Positions 1 to 12,000 of a stretch of 64,000 bases of DNA are shown piece by piece. The stretch is taken from NCBI GenBank assembly GCA_963666285.1, contig OY762711.1; one strand, 5' to 3'. Positions within the stretch are counted from its first letter, which is position 1, and the number at the start of each line of letters is the position of its first letter. The translations under genes were made by a program, and so were the position numbers. The notes under the pieces were generated by a model, which made no database searches, was not told where the DNA came from, and saw only the letters and a list, made by a program, of their open reading frames with translations. Source of the DNA: Sedimentisphaerales bacterium. Its GTDB lineage: Bacteria > Planctomycetota > Phycisphaerae > Sedimentisphaerales > SM23-30.

Positions 1-32
1 CGTAAGTTACTTGCATAGATGTTACTTTTCTC

Positions 33-61
33 TGGACATGGTCTGTGAAATTCAATAGAAT
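33..61 (+). promoter_or_regulatory. Candidate sigma70 promoter
   Basis: TGGACA-N17-TAGAAT, about 100 nt upstream of the ORF at 165. Confidence 0.4.
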
Positions 62-164
62 ATAAAATTCAATAGAAATAGAATGTTTCTGGCTGACAAA
101 GCCCCATGATTTACCTAAGCTATAATAGATAAAAGAGATATAAAATCTGAAAGGTTAAATAATA

Positions 165-1004
165 ATGAGTTCTGACCAAAGTCACAATTCGCATATGCAT
201 GGCATGGAAGAAAATAACGATGACCTGGCTGCGATGCTGAAAAAGCATGGCAATAATATTTTGCTCGTGATTATACTGGTAGTTTTGAGCCTGGTTTCAT
301 GGACCTGGCTTAAAAACAGCCAAAAAGTAAAAACCATGGAGAAACAGCAGGCATTGTCAAAGGTTCTGGTAGCGAGAGGTGTTTCTCAAGCTCAATCTTT
401 GGGAGCATCTGATGACAGTTTGATAGGTGATTCTTCTTATCAGCCTTTATCTGAAATCAATCAGCTTGGTGAACTGGCAGCTAAGGAAGCTGGAACCAAT
501 ATCGGCAGTAATGCGATGGTCCAGCAGGCCAACACAATTATGAGTCAGTTATATTTTGGTAAAGAATATATAACTGCCGAGAAAAAAGCTGAAATATGTT
601 CAAAAGCAGAAGAGATATTTAACAGTGTAATCTCGAAATATCCCGAAAGTGCGACCGCTGTTTGTCAGGCTAAGCTTGGAATTGCCGGTATTGCGTGTGA
701 GATGAAAGATTGGGATAAGGCGACAGAACTATATAATAGTATTATTGCCAAAAAGGAAGCATTGGCCAGTACAGTATTTCCTGCGATGGCTGAAGCCGGA
801 TTAAAGCGAATAGACGATCTCAAAGAAATTAAAGATATTGAGTTTCCGCCTGCTCCAGAACCAGAAGAGCCGGAAGTTGTAGATACTCCTGAAGAAGAAA
901 CTGTTCTTCCTGGAATGCCGGAAAATGTCGGAGTTGAATTACCGGCCGAAATACCTGCTGCAGAAACACCAGTTAAAGAGCAGGAAGCAGAAAAAACAGA
1001 ATAA
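165..1004 (+). CDS. Membrane-anchored TPR-like protein (YfgM-like)
   Basis: 279 aa; N-terminal TM helix, TPR-like helices (AEEIFNSVISKYP, DWDKATELYNSII), acidic Pro/Glu tail; AAGGT RBS. Confidence 0.6.
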   Translation: MSSDQSHNSHMHGMEENNDDLAAMLKKHGNNILLVIILVVLSLVSWTWLKNSQKVKTMEKQQALSKVLVARGVSQAQSLGASDDSLIGDSSYQPLSEINQLGELAAKEAGTNIGSNAMVQQANTIMSQLYFGKEYITAEKKAEICSKAEEIFNSVISKYPESATAVCQAKLGIAGIACEMKDWDKATELYNSIIAKKEALASTVFPAMAEAGLKRIDDLKEIKDIEFPPAPEPEEPEVVDTPEEETVLPGMPENVGVELPAEIPAAETPVKEQEAEKTE

Positions 1005-1037
1005 TATTTGGAATCAAATTGAAAAAGGTTTATATAG

Positions 1038-1076
1038 AAAGTGAGCTGGTTGGATAGACAACGGCTCACTTTTGTT
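1038..1076 (+). terminator. Intrinsic terminator-like hairpin
   Basis: AAAGTGAGC...GCTCACTTT stem followed by T-rich tract. Confidence 0.55.
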
Positions 1077-1097
1077 ATTAATAGAATACTGTAATTT

Positions 1098-2174
1098 ATG
1101 TCAGAAGAGCAAATAAACAACGAAGAACTGCTAGATCAGGATAGCGAGCAGCCGGAAGAAACCCAGGATGATGATGGTGCCAGACATGTGTCCCTGAAAA
1201 TCCGCAAGGATATTTCCAAGCGTATAGACAGCTATCTTACCCACAGGTTTCCTGAGATGTCTCGTAATATTATTCAGAATCTCATCAAGGAAGGTGGCGT
1301 AACAGTTAACGGTAATAAGACCAAAAACAGTTACAAGCTGATGGCCAGGGATATTGTCGATATTATATTACCGGCTCCTCAAAATAATGAGATGGAAGGT
1401 GAGGATATCCCGCTTGATGTTATTTACGAGGATGACCATATCCTGATATTAAACAAGCAGGCAGATTTAATCGTACATCCCTCTCGTGGCCACAGGAGCG
1501 GAACCTTAGTTAATGCACTTATATATTACAGCGATTCACTGTCAAATGTGAACGGAGAATTCAGGCCGGGTATAGTGCATAGGCTCGACCGTAATACAAC
1601 CGGTGTTATAACAATTGCAAAAACTGACACTGCACATTGGCGAATAGCACACCAGTTTGAACATCGCCTGACAAGGAAAGCATATATCGCTGTTGTACAG
1701 GGCGGGATGGAACTGGATGCGGATATGATCAATAAGCCTCTTGACCGTCATCCTAAAATTCGTGAAAAATTTGCGGTCAGCCCAACAACCGGTAAAACAG
1801 CTGTTACCACCTGGCAGGTTCTTAAACGGTACCAGGGTTATACTTTACTCAAGCTTATTCCCAAAACAGGTCGAACCCATCAGTTGAGAGTGCACTGCAG
1901 CTACATCAAAAAGCCGATTGTTGCTGATGATATGTACGGCGGAAAAATTGTCACGCTCGAACAGATTGTAGGCAATCAGCCTTTACCTGTAGAAGGTGAA
2001 CCAGGTTTTGGATTGAACCCTAACGATCCGGTGATCTCTCGTCAGGCTTTGCATGCTGTTGAGTTGACATTTCGCCATCCAATTTCCGGTGAATCAATGA
2101 CATTCGAGGCACCTTTGAAACCGGATATGCAGTTGCTGATAGATCTCCTGGAAAAATATCGGCCATTGAAATAA
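1098..2174 (+). CDS. rluD: RluA/RluD-family 23S rRNA pseudouridine synthase
   Basis: S4-like N-terminal domain (KRIDSYL), catalytic GIVHRLDRNTTG, TGRTHQLRVH, RQALHA. Confidence 0.9.
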   Translation: MSEEQINNEELLDQDSEQPEETQDDDGARHVSLKIRKDISKRIDSYLTHRFPEMSRNIIQNLIKEGGVTVNGNKTKNSYKLMARDIVDIILPAPQNNEMEGEDIPLDVIYEDDHILILNKQADLIVHPSRGHRSGTLVNALIYYSDSLSNVNGEFRPGIVHRLDRNTTGVITIAKTDTAHWRIAHQFEHRLTRKAYIAVVQGGMELDADMINKPLDRHPKIREKFAVSPTTGKTAVTTWQVLKRYQGYTLLKLIPKTGRTHQLRVHCSYIKKPIVADDMYGGKIVTLEQIVGNQPLPVEGEPGFGLNPNDPVISRQALHAVELTFRHPISGESMTFEAPLKPDMQLLIDLLEKYRPLK

Positions 2175-2244
2175 TATATGGTTCCTGATTGTCCTGGTAA
2201 ATCCATGATTTAATCGTCCTATAATATATATAAGTTTTTTTGAT

Positions 2245-2273
2245 TTGACATTATTGTTTGTTATCCTTATCTT
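2245..2273 (+). promoter_or_regulatory. Candidate sigma70 promoter for the sensor kinase
   Basis: TTGACA-N17-TATCTT. Confidence 0.4.
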
Positions 2274-2474
2274 TGGTTATTCTAATAGTCTGGAATTTGC
2301 CTGTTGATATTTCGATTTGGTTCCATTAAAGGCCTTTATTCGTGCTGAAATATTGTTTTTGGAGTATATGTAAACTCCGATGGTCTCAGGAGAATCTGGC
2401 AAAATCAGTTATTTGATGTTATTACTCAATTAATATTATAAATCGTTCGATATTATTGTTAGGAATAGGACTAT

Positions 2475-5400
2475 ATGGCAATAATCAGAGCAAAAATATT
2501 TCATTTTGGAATTAGCTGTATCCTGATTTTTTCTTCTTTTCAGGTACAGGCAGAGATTATCAGTTTTGATGATACGTTATTTCCCCTTTGTAAGTTGGCC
2601 GAAGATGTTACCTCTGCAAAAGATGCATATATACAATTCGGCAGTTATCCTGAAGTTCTGGTTAATGGTGATTCACAGTTGAATCCGTTAATATTAATAT
2701 TGGCAGTTTCAGCCCTTTTAATTATTTCTTTTTGGATGTTGCTTAAAACTTTACGGAACCAGGTGAGTAAGCAAACTGATCAGATTGCAGAAAGCCGGCA
2801 AAAATATCGTGATCTTGTGGAGTCAACCAATGACTGGGTCTGGGAAGTCGATCTTGACGGCAAATATACTTATTTCAATACGAAGGTTGAAGATATACTT
2901 GGTTACAGTCCGGAAGAAATGAAAGGTAAAACCGCTTTTGATTTCATGGAACCTGTTGAAGCGGAACGTGTTCTGCATATATTCCATGATGTATTAGAAA
3001 GCCGGGAACCGGTGATCGGGCTTGTCAATTACAATATTCATAAAAATGGTCACCAGGTTGTACTGGAGACTAACGCGATTCCAATTTTAGATAAGAATGG
3101 TAATCTTAAAGGATATCGTGGTACAGATAGAAATATTACAGAACGGATAGAAAATCAGGAATTAATCAAAAGGACTGAATATGAGCTAAAGACCATTTAT
3201 GAAAATGTGCCTTTGGCTATGCTTCTGATGAATCGGGATAGAGAGATTGTCAGGCTCAATGCCAGGGCGTTGGAGTTTGTCAACAAACAAGAAGACGATT
3301 CTATCGGTCTTAAGGGAGGCGATTTTCTCAACTGTATCCATGCTTCTGATAGTGACGGTGGATGCGGCAAAGGTTGCCATTGTCAGAGTTGCGGTTTGCG
3401 AAATGCGGTAGCGAAGGCTTTTGAAACCGGTGAACCGGTTATTAACGAAGCAGCTTTTATTGAATTTAATTCTACTGACAATCAGGTTTGCGGTATTCAT
3501 ATAAGATTATCAGCTATTCCTCTGAAAGAAATGGATGAGGATGTTGTCCTGGTCTGCTTGGAGGATGTTACTTCTCAGAAGAACAATGAAGAATCAATCA
3601 AACAGAATGCCAGGGAAATGTCGGCATTAAATCTTTTGGGCCAGCAGGTCAACAGCAGTCTGGCAATTGAAAGCGTGCTGGATTTCGCCTTGAAAGGCAT
3701 TTCTGATATTATCAATCCGGACACATGTTTTATTTTTATTGCCGAAGACAGTAAACTTAGTGTAAAAGCTCAGCGGTGTAACGTTGACCGGCTCAAAATG
3801 GACAGGGAACCCCATGTTTTCGGCGAATGCCTGTGTGGGATTGCTGCCAGGGATAAAAAACCAACCTGGTCAAAAAATATTAACTCTGATTCCAGGTGTT
3901 CCTGGACTGAATGTAAAGAGGCCGGGCTTGTCTCCTTTGCCGCCTATCCGCTTATGAAGGGAGATGAAGTGCTGGGCGTACTTGCTCTGGGTTCTGTTTC
4001 AGAGAGAGATTTCAGTGAGAAACAAAAATTTCTTGAAAACGCTGCCAGTCAGATTGCGGCCGGTTTATATAATGCCAAATTATATCAGCAGCTGAAAGAA
4101 CATGCCGAGCAGCTTAATTGTGAAATTGAAGATCGCATAAAAGCAGAAAATTCTGCCAGAGAGAGCCGGGAGAGACATCGCCATTTTGTTGAGAGTTTCC
4201 AGGGGATTGCATATCAGGCTGAATTGAATAGCTACAAACCTGTTCTGTTTGAAGGGACGGTTAAGGATGTTATCGGATATTCCGCAGAAGAATTTCTAAA
4301 TGGCAGTGTGAAATGGTTTGATATTATTTATCCTGATGATATGGCTGTTTTCAGTACGGAAACGGAAAAACTGCATGCTGAAACTGGTTATGTTGTCTGT
4401 GCCGAATATCGTATATTTGATAAAAACGGCAATATTTGCTGGGTTAGAGATGTCGGCAGGGTTGTAAATGTTGGCGATAACCAACTCATACAAGGTACTA
4501 TTGTAGATATTACCGATAGAAAACGAACTGAAGAAGCGTTGGAAAAACGATTATTGGCATTAACAAAGCCGCTGGGGCTTGATGAAACCATTGAATTTGA
4601 AGATTTATTTAATATTCAGGATATCCAAAAACTGCAGGATGAATTTGCTGAGGCTGCCGGTGTCGCTTCGATTATCACTAAAACTGACGGCTCGCCTATA
4701 ACCCAGCCAAGCAATTTCTGCAGGTTGTGTAATGACATTATCCGTAATACGAAAAAAGGCTGTGCAAACTGTTTTAAGTCTGATGCCGCGATTGGAAAAC
4801 TTTGTCTGAATGGTCCGACTATCCAGCCTTGTATGAGTGGTGGTTTATGGGATGCGGGGGCAGGTATCTCGGTCGGTGGGCGTCATGTGGCAAACTGGCT
4901 GATTGGCCAGGTTCGGGATGATACCCAGTCTGAAGAGAACATCAGGGCATATGCCAGGGAAATTGAAGCTGATGAGGATGAAGTGGTGGAAGCTTTCTTT
5001 GAAGTTCCGGCGATGAGCCCCGAGCATTTTAAGAAAGTTGCCCAGGCTTTATTTACCCTGGCCGGTCAACTGTCGAATACGGCATATCAGAACATTCAAC
5101 AGGCCAGGTTTATCGATCAGGCAAGAAAGGCCGAGGAAGTACTTAAAAATTATAATGCTAATCTTGAAGTAGAGGTTCTTGCCAGGACTGAAGAGCTTGT
5201 TGAAAAGAATGTTGCTCTGGAAAAACAGATTGTAGAACGTGAAAAAGCTGAAAATGAACTTAAAACGGCAACTTCGCAATTAGTTCAGGCAGAAAAACTT
5301 GCTACTATTGGTCAACTTGCTGCCGGAGTGGCTCATGAGATAAACAATCCATTGGGGGCTATTGGTTCATCTAATGGAATTATTTCTAATAGTTTTGGAA

Positions 5401-6233
5401 GTATAATTCATGACTTCGATAAGATTTCTTTTCTTCCTGATTCTGAAATTGTTTTAATAAAAGGAATTATTAACTTAATATTAACCAGTAAATTTAATCT
5501 GTCTTCCAGGGAAAACCGTCAATATAAGCAGCAATTGATAAAAAATCTTGAGGAAAACAATATAGCCAATCCTTCACCGGCTGCTTCACTTTTTGTCAAT
5601 ATTGGTTTAGTTGATAATTTTCTCAAATATCTGCCTCTGCTGCAAAGCGAACATAGTTTGCAGATTATCGACTTTTTGCAGGATGTGTATTCAGTTGCCC
5701 ATGGTACCAGGATTATTGATACTGCAATTAGTCAATCTTCACGTGTTGTTAATGCATTGAGAGACTTTGCCCGGTCGGATGAATATGCGGAGGAGGTGAA
5801 AGTCGATATCAAGGATACTTTGGATACCGCAATGGTGCTTTATGGCAATATGGTTAAGCGTGGAGTCATATTTAAATTTGATTTTGATGAAGTGCCACCA
5901 ATAAATTGCCACCCGCATAAACTGTGCCAGGTTTGGTCTAACCTGATTCAAAATGCTGTCCAGGCAATGGATCATGAAGGCACGCTGACTATTTCTCTTA
6001 AACAAATCGACGATAATGTTCAGGTTTGTGTTTCTGATACCGGCTCTGGCATACCCGATGATATTATTGATAAGATATTTGAGCCGTTATTTTCAACCAA
6101 GGCTATTGGTGAAGGTACCGGTCTTGGCCTTGATATTGCCAAACGAATTGTCGAGCGTCATAATGGTACGATTGAAGTTATCAGTGAAGTCGGTAAAGGA
6201 ACAACATTTACGGTTTCGTTACCGATAACCTGA
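2475..6233 (+). CDS. Membrane-anchored sensor histidine kinase (PAS-PAS-GAF-PAS-PocR-HisKA-HATPase)
   Basis: PAS/PAC 'DITER' junctions; GAF ([14 protein letters not shown]); PocR-like [17 protein letters not shown]...NFCRLC...NCFKSD...WLIGQV; H-box [10 protein letters not shown]1/G2 boxes NLIQNA, DTGSGI, GTGLGL. Confidence 0.9.
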   Translation: MAIIRAKIFHFGISCILIFSSFQVQAEIISFDDTLFPLCKLAEDVTSAKDAYIQFGSYPEVLVNGDSQLNPLILILAVSALLIISFWMLLKTLRNQVSKQTDQIAESRQKYRDLVESTNDWVWEVDLDGKYTYFNTKVEDILGYSPEEMKGKTAFDFMEPVEAERVLHIFHDVLESREPVIGLVNYNIHKNGHQVVLETNAIPILDKNGNLKGYRGTDRNITERIENQELIKRTEYELKTIYENVPLAMLLMNRDREIVRLNARALEFVNKQEDDSIGLKGGDFLNCIHASDSDGGCGKGCHCQSCGLRNAVAKAFETGEPVINEAAFIEFNSTDNQVCGIHIRLSAIPLKEMDEDVVLVCLEDVTSQKNNEESIKQNAREMSALNLLGQQVNSSLAIESVLDFALKGISDIINPDTCFIFIAEDSKLSVKAQRCNVDRLKMDREPHVFGECLCGIAARDKKPTWSKNINSDSRCSWTECKEAGLVSFAAYPLMKGDEVLGVLALGSVSERDFSEKQKFLENAASQIAAGLYNAKLYQQLKEHAEQLNCEIEDRIKAENSARESRERHRHFVESFQGIAYQAELNSYKPVLFEGTVKDVIGYSAEEFLNGSVKWFDIIYPDDMAVFSTETEKLHAETGYVVCAEYRIFDKNGNICWVRDVGRVVNVGDNQLIQGTIVDITDRKRTEEALEKRLLALTKPLGLDETIEFEDLFNIQDIQKLQDEFAEAAGVASIITKTDGSPITQPSNFCRLCNDIIRNTKKGCANCFKSDAAIGKLCLNGPTIQPCMSGGLWDAGAGISVGGRHVANWLIGQVRDDTQSEENIRAYAREIEADEDEVVEAFFEVPAMSPEHFKKVAQALFTLAGQLSNTAYQNIQQARFIDQARKAEEVLKNYNANLEVEVLARTEELVEKNVALEKQIVEREKAENELKTATSQLVQAEKLATIGQLAAGVAHEINNPLGAIGSSNGIISNSFGSIIHDFDKISFLPDSEIVLIKGIINLILTSKFNLSSRENRQYKQQLIKNLEENNIANPSPAASLFVNIGLVDNFLKYLPLLQSEHSLQIIDFLQDVYSVAHGTRIIDTAISQSSRVVNALRDFARSDEYAEEVKVDIKDTLDTAMVLYGNMVKRGVIFKFDFDEVPPINCHPHKLCQVWSNLIQNAVQAMDHEGTLTISLKQIDDNVQVCVSDTGSGIPDDIIDKIFEPLFSTKAIGEGTGLGLDIAKRIVERHNGTIEVISEVGKGTTFTVSLPIT

Positions 6234-8705
6234 TTATTTATTTTTTTGCAGTAAATACCACATTGTTTCGTGTTTCGGGTCTAGCAGTATTTTATTCTTT
6301 TCTATTTTAACTTCTTCTCTTATGGTTCCATCTGGGTAAAGAGCGTAGCATTTCCAGTTTCTCAAATTTAATTCCTTAAATTCAAGATACCCTTTGACTG
6401 ATTCTATTTGAGCCGGGCCGCTGCCCCAGTTTTTCCCGACAGTGTTGCGGTTGTCAGAAAAAATCATATCAACATTTTCGCTTCTGCCGCAGGCAGTAAT
6501 TAAATACTTACTATTTCCGGTTAGAGGGTTGATGGATATTACAGCGGAACCGGGAGAGTCTATCTTAAATTTGAATGTTGAATTTTCTGACTCAGAAAGA
6601 CTTGCCATGTTCCCGGCATAAACTCCGCAGCTGCCGTCAGAAACTATATAAACTCCGTCGTGCCAGCTGTCCAGACCTTCCATTTCGCTTACTATGTCAG
6701 GCTTGAACAGGGCTTTCATATTGCGGTCATGCCGGGCATGAGTTTTGGCCAGGCTTTCAAGCATTGGTGATTCGTTTTGCTCCAACTCGAATTTCCTGGG
6801 TGTTTTGTATTCCTTCAGGGCAAAAGACCTGAAGGCAGAGGCTCCGAATCTTACAAAGCCCCATTTGGCAGGATTAGTGTCAACGTCAAAATAACTGTTG
6901 ATATAATTACGATCCCATTGCTCATTGCTATGTGAATAGGTATAGAGCCATACGCCGTTCCAGTCCTGTCGGGCGGCCCACGAAGCGATCATCGGCACGC
7001 ATTCAGCCTGGCTGTCCAGTGGTGCCGGGTGATTATATTCACTTACAGTATAAGGTTTACCGGCAAGTCTTTCAGATGAAAGTTCTGCCAAAGTCGAGCC
7101 TTGAGGAAAATCTGACATCGCCTGCTGCTGGATTATCCAGTTGCCGCTGTCCCATGGTTTGCCGGGGAAATTTGGGTGTTTCCAGTATGCATGGGAGTCA
7201 ATGTAATCCATATTACTTTGGGCCCATAATCCCAGCGGGCCAAATACTATCGTTCCGGTAACGTTAGCCCGGCAGCCGAGTTCTTCTTTTATATATTTAT
7301 ACATCCCGTCAAAATACGATTTTTCAGTTTCGGCATAAAACATCATTCTATCTACCGTTCTTGTCGGCGATTCAATGTCTTTATAAAGTTCAACTGACAT
7401 GTTTTCCAGAGACTCATTTTCTGACATTTTATATTCTACCCCGGGCTGCATTATAATATTTGCCAGGTAAAATTCTGTATCATCTTTTCCAAAGATAAAT
7501 CCTATCCGGGCGTTTTTGTCGTTTTGTTTAGCGATAAAGTTATACCTGTATAAATTCCAGCTTTTGTCCAGTTTTACTGTTTGAGCCAGTCCCAGGTTTT
7601 GCCAGTCGGCATGATTTTCCATCACGCTCAGACTAACTTCTCTTGGCTTTGCCGCAGCGGCATAAAAGCTTACGGTATAAGGTTTGCCGACCTCGATTTT
7701 TAAGTCTCTCTGATTGAATTGCAGGTGCCAGGAGATACCATCAATATTTTCCGGTTTTATCTCTATGCATTCCTTATCCTTCCAGGTAGTTGAACTGATC
7801 GTTGCCCTTGCCTGGTCATGCTGTTCCAGCATCCAGTTTTTTACCTGGTTGTTTTGTACGTTTGACAATTCTGAATTTAACAGTATGTTATTTTCAAGCG
7901 GAACGCTCTGGCTTAGCCACGCCTGCACTAGTTCATGGTCGCTGGTATATTTTGTTTTTAGCCAATGGTTATATTGATTCTGTAGTAATTTTGCATAATA
8001 CTCCGGCAGGTTTGGTAAAGTTGCGGCAGCAGACCACATAAACAGGCTGTTTTCATTGGTTATCTCAACAAAACCAATCGCATAGTCATCAGCATAGCGA
8101 ACGCCGCGATATTTGTTCTTATGCGTCAGCAGCGCCCTGGCATATCTTTTCTGCGCTTCGATGATTTCAGGGGTGAATATACTTATCATTTTATCATATC
8201 GCAGATCGTAGCTTTTGGGGGCCGCTATGTTAAGGTCTGTACTGTGTTCCTTGCCTACATGCAGGTTAATGTTTGAGTAAATTCCGCATTCGGCCAGCTG
8301 GTCGATAAAGTAATCAAGCCTGTCAAGAGCTTCCGGGTGAAATTTGGTTCCGCTGTTGTCCCATATCCCCCTTGGCCATTTCGCGGAGTCCATATGATGA
8401 AGACGGACAGAATTTATTCCGGCACCGGCAAGCCTTTTTGCCAGTCGTTCGGCGTCTGAGTGACTCGGAAAGCATGCCCCAAATGACATATTCACACCCC
8501 AGATTCGTATGGCTTTTCCTTCATTGCTAATAAAATCTTCTCCCTTGGCTGTTAGTCTGTCTGACTCATTTAAGGGCTGATAATCAAAAACGAGCTCAGA
8601 TTCGGGTGACTGATCAACCGGAATAACAAAAGGGGCGAAATCTTGTGCCGGGATAGCGGTGCCAAAAATCAGTATTGGCAGCATTGATATTATCAGTCTG
8701 TACAT
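6234..8705 (-). CDS. Secreted GH5-like (clan GH-A) glycoside hydrolase with inserted CBM4/9-like module
   Basis: Signal peptide; GINSVRLHH, EITNEN acid/base motif, VSEYNH nucleophile-like motif; central CBM-like WHLQFNQ...GKPYTVSF. Confidence 0.65.
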   Translation of the reverse strand: MYRLIISMLPILIFGTAIPAQDFAPFVIPVDQSPESELVFDYQPLNESDRLTAKGEDFISNEGKAIRIWGVNMSFGACFPSHSDAERLAKRLAGAGINSVRLHHMDSAKWPRGIWDNSGTKFHPEALDRLDYFIDQLAECGIYSNINLHVGKEHSTDLNIAAPKSYDLRYDKMISIFTPEIIEAQKRYARALLTHKNKYRGVRYADDYAIGFVEITNENSLFMWSAAATLPNLPEYYAKLLQNQYNHWLKTKYTSDHELVQAWLSQSVPLENNILLNSELSNVQNNQVKNWMLEQHDQARATISSTTWKDKECIEIKPENIDGISWHLQFNQRDLKIEVGKPYTVSFYAAAAKPREVSLSVMENHADWQNLGLAQTVKLDKSWNLYRYNFIAKQNDKNARIGFIFGKDDTEFYLANIIMQPGVEYKMSENESLENMSVELYKDIESPTRTVDRMMFYAETEKSYFDGMYKYIKEELGCRANVTGTIVFGPLGLWAQSNMDYIDSHAYWKHPNFPGKPWDSGNWIIQQQAMSDFPQGSTLAELSSERLAGKPYTVSEYNHPAPLDSQAECVPMIASWAARQDWNGVWLYTYSHSNEQWDRNYINSYFDVDTNPAKWGFVRFGASAFRSFALKEYKTPRKFELEQNESPMLESLAKTHARHDRNMKALFKPDIVSEMEGLDSWHDGVYIVSDGSCGVYAGNMASLSESENSTFKFKIDSPGSAVISINPLTGNSKYLITACGRSENVDMIFSDNRNTVGKNWGSGPAQIESVKGYLEFKELNLRNWKCYALYPDGTIREEVKIEKNKILLDPKHETMWYLLQKNK

Positions 8706-9009
8706 AATGGCCTCATTTAAGTTTGTAGAATATTATATGGATTATTATATATTTTGTAATCATACCCAATTATTTACCATTAATCATTATTATTATGGGA
8801 CCGTTGTTGTTTTTCCTTCTAAGTTCTCTTTAATTATTGTCGATATATATTATAGTATAAATAGGGTTGATGCCTTTTTGTCAAGGTTAACCCGTCGTTA
8901 GTGATTGCCTAATTGATGAAATAACGTATTCTGGGATGAGATAAACTTATATTTTCAGGTAGTTTAAATATTTGCAGTTTCTGGGTTGCTGACTAAATGA
9001 GGTATTGAT

Positions 9010-12000
9010 GTGAAAACCAAAACAGATCCGCAATTAATCCAGGAGAGACTTCGACTGGCACTGGAAGCTGTCAGTGATGGTATCTGGGACTGGGACCTGG
9101 AAACCGGGGAGGTTTACTGGAACCCGCTTAGTTATACAATGCTGGGCTATGAACCTGATGAATTTAAGGTGACATACGATAAATGGAAAGAGATGGTTCA
9201 CCCTGATGATATTTGTGGATGTGAAAATTCAGTTCAGGATGCTTTAACTTCAGGTGAAATATTCAAAATAGAATTTCGAATCAAATGTAAGGATGGATCG
9301 TGGAAATGGATGTTGGGTAGAGGAAGGTGTGTTTCAAGGGATAAAGATGGGAATCCGATTAGAATGGTTGGCACACATGTTGATCTGACTCAGCATAAAA
9401 AAGATGAAGTTGAATTGCATAAAAACGAGTCTGAATTAAAAGCTATTTACGAAAATGCGCCTCTGATTATGTTGTTAGTTGACCAGGATAGGCGTGTCTT
9501 AAAAATGAATGGTCAGGCTCTTGAGTTTTCGGGAAGGTCTTTACAGGAGAATGTTGAAATCCGTGGTGGTGAAGCTCTACGTTGTGTACACGCTTTTGAT
9601 GATGCTAATGGTTGCGGGTTTGGCCCGGAATGTAAAAATTGTGGTGTACGCAAATCTATCTTGGAAACGTTTGAGACTGGAAAGGCTATAAAATGTCGGG
9701 AAGCTGCTATTTCCAGTCAATCCGGTGAAGGCCGTAAAGATATAAATCTGCTCGTTTCTACAAAACCGCTTGAAGGGTTTGAAAAAAAAGTTGTCCTGGT
9801 TTGTATTGATGATATTACCGATCGGAAACAGACTGAAAATGAACTTAGAGCTGAAAAGGAATTTACCGAAGCTGCATTGGACAGTCAGGGTGATACTTTT
9901 TTCCTGTTCGATCCTGAATCCGGCAAACCTGTGAGATGGAATAAGGCTTTATGTGATGTTACCGGTTATACTGATAGTGAAATAGCTCAGTTGATTTGCC
10001 CTTATTCGTATTTCAAAAAAGAAGATTTTGAGAAGGTAATTAATTTTATCCGGCATGTTATTGAGAACGGCAGCGGAACTATTGAATTGGACCTTGTCTG
10101 TAAAGATGGCCATTCTATTCCATTTGAGTATGGTGTTTCTGCTGTTAAAGATTCTTGTGGACGGTCTGAGTATCTGATTGCAATTGGACGAGATATAACT
10201 AAAAGAAAAGCTACTGAAAAACAACTCTTGGAAAGTGAAAGTGTTTTATCAGCTTCTTTCAGCAGTATCCAGGATGGAATAGTTATATTGGACAATAATT
10301 TTGATATTATCCGCATCAATCCTGTTATAGAGAAATGGTGTGATGGTGCTGATCGTGTTGTTGGCGCCAAGTGTTACAGCTGTTTTAGAGATTCACCTGA
10401 ACCTTGTGATTTCTGCCCGACACGTAAAGCTTTGGAATCCGGTAATGCTGAATTTAAAGTGTTAAAAGGTTTTCCAGGATCAGGAGTCGAGTGGCTCGAA
10501 GTATATAGTTATCCCATCAAATCTGTTGATACCGGAGAAATAACAGGTGTTATAGAATTTCTACGTGACATTTCCGATCGTAAACGTTCTGAAGAGGCTT
10601 TACTGGAAAGCGAAAATAAACTTCGTGAAGCACAGCAGATGGCACAGCTTGGACACTGGCACTGGGATGTTAGTACCGGTGAAGTTGAGTGGTCTGAATG
10701 GGTTTATAAAATTTTTGGTCTGAATCCTGATGAGTTTACTCCTACTATAGATTCGGTTATGGCAATGTCGCCCTGGCCGGAAGATCATCAGCGGGATAAA
10801 GAATTGATTCAAAAAGCAATAGAAAGTCACGAGAAAGGTGAGTATGAACAGAAGTTTTTACGGTTAGACGGCAGCCTGGGTTACTACTATTCAACTTTCC
10901 AGGGCGTTTACGATCAAAATGATCAGCTTGTTGCCATCAAGGGAACTGTTCAGGATATTACCGAGCGAAAGCTGGTTGAACAGGAACTGTTGCGGGAGCG
11001 TGACAGGCTTGAAATGGCCCAGGAAGCTGCCGGGTTTGGCATGTTCGATTGGGATCTTATCAATAACAAGACTGTTTGCAGCGACAGATATTTCCAGCTT
11101 TTCGGACTGGAGCCGCAGGATAAAATGATTACCAGGGAAGATTGGCTTAATCTGGTTCACCCCGAAGATAGAGAGCGTGTTAGCCGGGAAGTCAGGCATT
11201 TTTTGGAAAATGGTGATGTTTATGATACTGAATATCGTGTGGTCTGGCCGGATGGCTCTGTGAAATGGTTAAACAGTAAATCCAGGGTATTTAGTGATGA
11301 ATGCGGCAAGCCTTATCGAATGATTGGAATAATGTCAGATATAACAGAACGCAAACAGGCCGAAGAAGTAGTCAAGACATATAATTCCCGCCTGAAAAAT
11401 GAAGTGAAAGAACGCACCGAAGAGCTTCAGGAGAAAAACATTCTGCTTGAAAATGAGATTAGCGAGCGTATTAAGGCTGAAAAAGAACTTAAAACTGCTG
11501 TTTCACAATTAATCCAGGCTGAAAAGCTCGCTACTGTCGGCCAGCTGGCCGCCGGTGTTGCTCATGAGATAAATACTCCGCTTGGCGCTATTGGCTCCTC
11601 CAATACCACAATTCAACAGCAATTTGAGAGCATCCTGGACAATATTGACCAGGAATTCGAAATTCTAAAGGATAATGCCAACCTGATTAACCAGGTAATC
11701 AATCGAATTACCAGTTCCAGCATAGATCTTAACTCTCGACAGGCCCGGCAAATGAAAACCATTTTGACTGAGAGGTTAACCGGACTTAATGTTAAGCATC
11801 CTGAGGTAACCGCTTCTTTACTGGTTTCTATAGGGCTTGTTGAAAATTACGAGTCATATTTACCTTTGTTTGAAAAGGAAAACAGTACCCAGATTATAGA
11901 CTTTGTTCGAAAAATCTCTAATATCATCAGCGGAAGTAAAATTATTGATACTGCGGTAAAACAATCTTCACGGGTTGTTTATGCCTTGCGAGATTATGCC

